Assembly: GCA_001687465.1 (NCBI GenBank)
Contig: LVLI01000098.1
Location: 62,001-126,000, forward strand
Direction: 5' to 3'
DNA from: Halocafeteria seosinensis
Lineage: Eukaryota
DNA: 64,000 nt
The notes beneath the pieces were generated by a model that ran no database searches, was not told the DNA's origin, and saw only the letters and a list, made by a program, of their open reading frames with translations. This document shows, in pieces, positions 62,143-64,000 of this stretch. The stretch's first letter is position 1, and each line of letters starts with the position of its first letter. A program made the translations under genes and the position numbers.

Positions 62143-63312
62143 TCACCGAATAGATCCTCTGACGACCACTGCAGGCGGTAGAGAGACTCCTTCGACGCTT
62201 GAATTCCGTAGAAATACTGTGCGTAAGTAAGGCAGGTGCAAAAATAGACGTTCTGTCAAAGTGGGCTGCTTGCAAGAAGTGATGCTCAAAAAAGTCAGAT
62301 TTCGTAAGTGTTGAAAAGCATCATCAGTAATCGTGGTTTGTGTACAACCGTCCATATAAAGGGCCTTCAAGTTTTGCAGTCCGAAAAACGCAAGATCGTT
62401 TATAGTCTCTTGGCTACATCCACCCATATCCAGTACACGTAGATTCTGGAGGCGCTTGAAGGCTCTATCACTAATAGTCGATTGATTACAGTCATGGATA
62501 TCCAAACATGTCAATCTGCTGAGGTGCTCGAAAGCCCTGTCAGAAAGCGTCGTTTGGGTACACTGTCTCATAGACAAATGCCTTAAACCACACAGTTGTT
62601 GGAAACCATTGTCGGAAAGTGTTTCCTGATCACACTCAGAGATGTCTAACCTGGTGAGGTGGGGCATATGAGTGAATGCCACGTCAGTAATTTCACTCTG
62701 GCAACAGCCTCGCATGTTCAGTTCGGAAAGTTTCGTCATGTGTTGAAATAAACCATCAGAAATGGATGTGTAGTTGCTGTCTGCAATGTAAAGGCACGTC
62801 AGTTCCGAAAAGTGGCGAAATCCATGGTCATCCAGTAGAATATGCTGCATTGGCGGTGTGTATGGCAGCACAGCCAAACTCTTCGCTCCGTTTAAGAAAG
62901 CAAGGTTATCTTCTTCCTCGGGCCCGTAAGATGTATCAATTATCACCATTCCCTCAAATTTCGGTAATAACTTGGTCAAAAGCATCTGACAGTCCCAATC
63001 GCTATTCACTGGAATGACCAAACTCGGCCATGACAGACTGCACGTGATAAAGTGGTGGGAGAGGCAATCTTCCGTATGGATGCTTAACGCCTGCATTAGG
63101 GTTTGCCATGACCGTGCGCTTCGGGGATCTTCTAAACGGATCATCACCTCCTCCGAAGTAGCCTCCACTTTCATCCAATAAAGTATCTCGCCCGGAACTG
63201 GAGCACATGGGGAATCCGATCCCACGTCGATACTGTGGTCGTCGGTCGGCCGAATGTAATGCTGTAACCATGACAAATACGAACGAAAGACGTGTTCCTC
63301 ACCCCCCTCCAT
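62143..63312 (-). CDS. Leucine-rich-repeat protein (~25-aa Cys-containing LRRs)
   Basis: About eight repeats of FxHLxxLxxLxMxxCxQxTI(S/T)DxA in the C-terminal half. Intronless; ATG at 63312. Confidence 0.88.
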   Translation of the reverse strand: MEGGEEHVFRSYLSWLQHYIRPTDDHSIDVGSDSPCAPVPGEILYWMKVEATSEEVMIRLEDPRSARSWQTLMQALSIHTEDCLSHHFITCSLSWPSLVIPVNSDWDCQMLLTKLLPKFEGMVIIDTSYGPEEEDNLAFLNGAKSLAVLPYTPPMQHILLDDHGFRHFSELTCLYIADSNYTSISDGLFQHMTKLSELNMRGCCQSEITDVAFTHMPHLTRLDISECDQETLSDNGFQQLCGLRHLSMRQCTQTTLSDRAFEHLSRLTCLDIHDCNQSTISDRAFKRLQNLRVLDMGGCSQETINDLAFFGLQNLKALYMDGCTQTTITDDAFQHLRNLTFLSITSCKQPTLTERLFLHLPYLRTVFLRNSSVEGVSLPPAVVVRGSIR

Positions 63313-64000
63313 CTTGCACTCTGTACATATATCAGTTGAAAACAGCGAGTGACTGCATATCTTCGTAATTACCACAGGTTAAAGCGACTTCCAAAGGATG
63401 TCTCTCACTCTCCTGTCTTCCGTGATCAATGAGCCACGCACCGGAATGGACGGAAACAGCGATTCACAGTATTGTCCGAAATTCCACTCATTAACATTAT
63501 TCGTTAATATGAGGGGGTCTTACGGTATTTATACGTCGATACCATGAATCATGATATTACCCCGGTGTTAACTTCACAAAGGCTACAGCCCGGCTGCCAT
63601 TTGTTCTGTCCATCTTGATGCGTGGCAGCAGCGATATATATGCAGTAATTATTTCAATTCATTCTTTGGCATTGAGTAACTGTTCCTGTCTGATACGCTT
63701 TGAACATTTACGAGGAAGTTAACACATGCAACATCGACTCGCCGTAACGGCCGCATCCGCCTGGCCTGGAGCCTACAACACGATACATGGTGGGTCTACA
63801 CTGAATGCGCGGCTTCCTGAATGTCACAGCAATGTGCCAAAAGCTATGATATACTTATTTGCATATTGAATTGATTTGACCTTGTGATAGAACGGACTTC
63901 ACCAAGGTCCTGACACCATGTTGGTGACAGACTCGCTTTGAAGCAGTAAGAGCAGTGGTTCACACGCATACAAGTACAACAGGATCGCAGAGCAGCAGAA

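Overview
Gene-dense eukaryotic (protist, probably stramenopile-like; species not determinable here) nuclear DNA with many short (~50-100 nt) spliceosomal introns, so most entries in the ORF track are exon fragments or antisense noise. I spliced about 20 protein-coding genes by hand: an Sm-fold (LSm10-like) gene, an oversized NDC1-like nucleoporin, a coiled-coil protein, a giant J-domain-less RME-8/DNAJC13-like protein, two tandem amino-acid transporters, a GhrA-like 2-hydroxyacid dehydrogenase, SPF45/RBM17, an inositol polyphosphate kinase, D2HGDH, TVP15, C9orf78/Tls1, a prominin/tweety-like 5-TM protein, TGS1 with a Tudor-like domain, an adenylate kinase-like protein, a class I/II aminotransferase and an LRR protein. 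The most unusual part is the accessory region at ~50.4-57 kb. It holds a spliced gene encoding a mitochondrial-presequence-like N-terminus, a SAM-like header, a P-loop NTPase and a PD-(D/E)xK nuclease (Crinkler-type conflict architecture). Next to it lie a decayed RLE-type non-LTR retrotransposon fragment and stacked retroelement-like 3' ends. No rRNA, tRNA or CRISPR array was recognised. All family calls come from motif recognition by eye, not from database searches.
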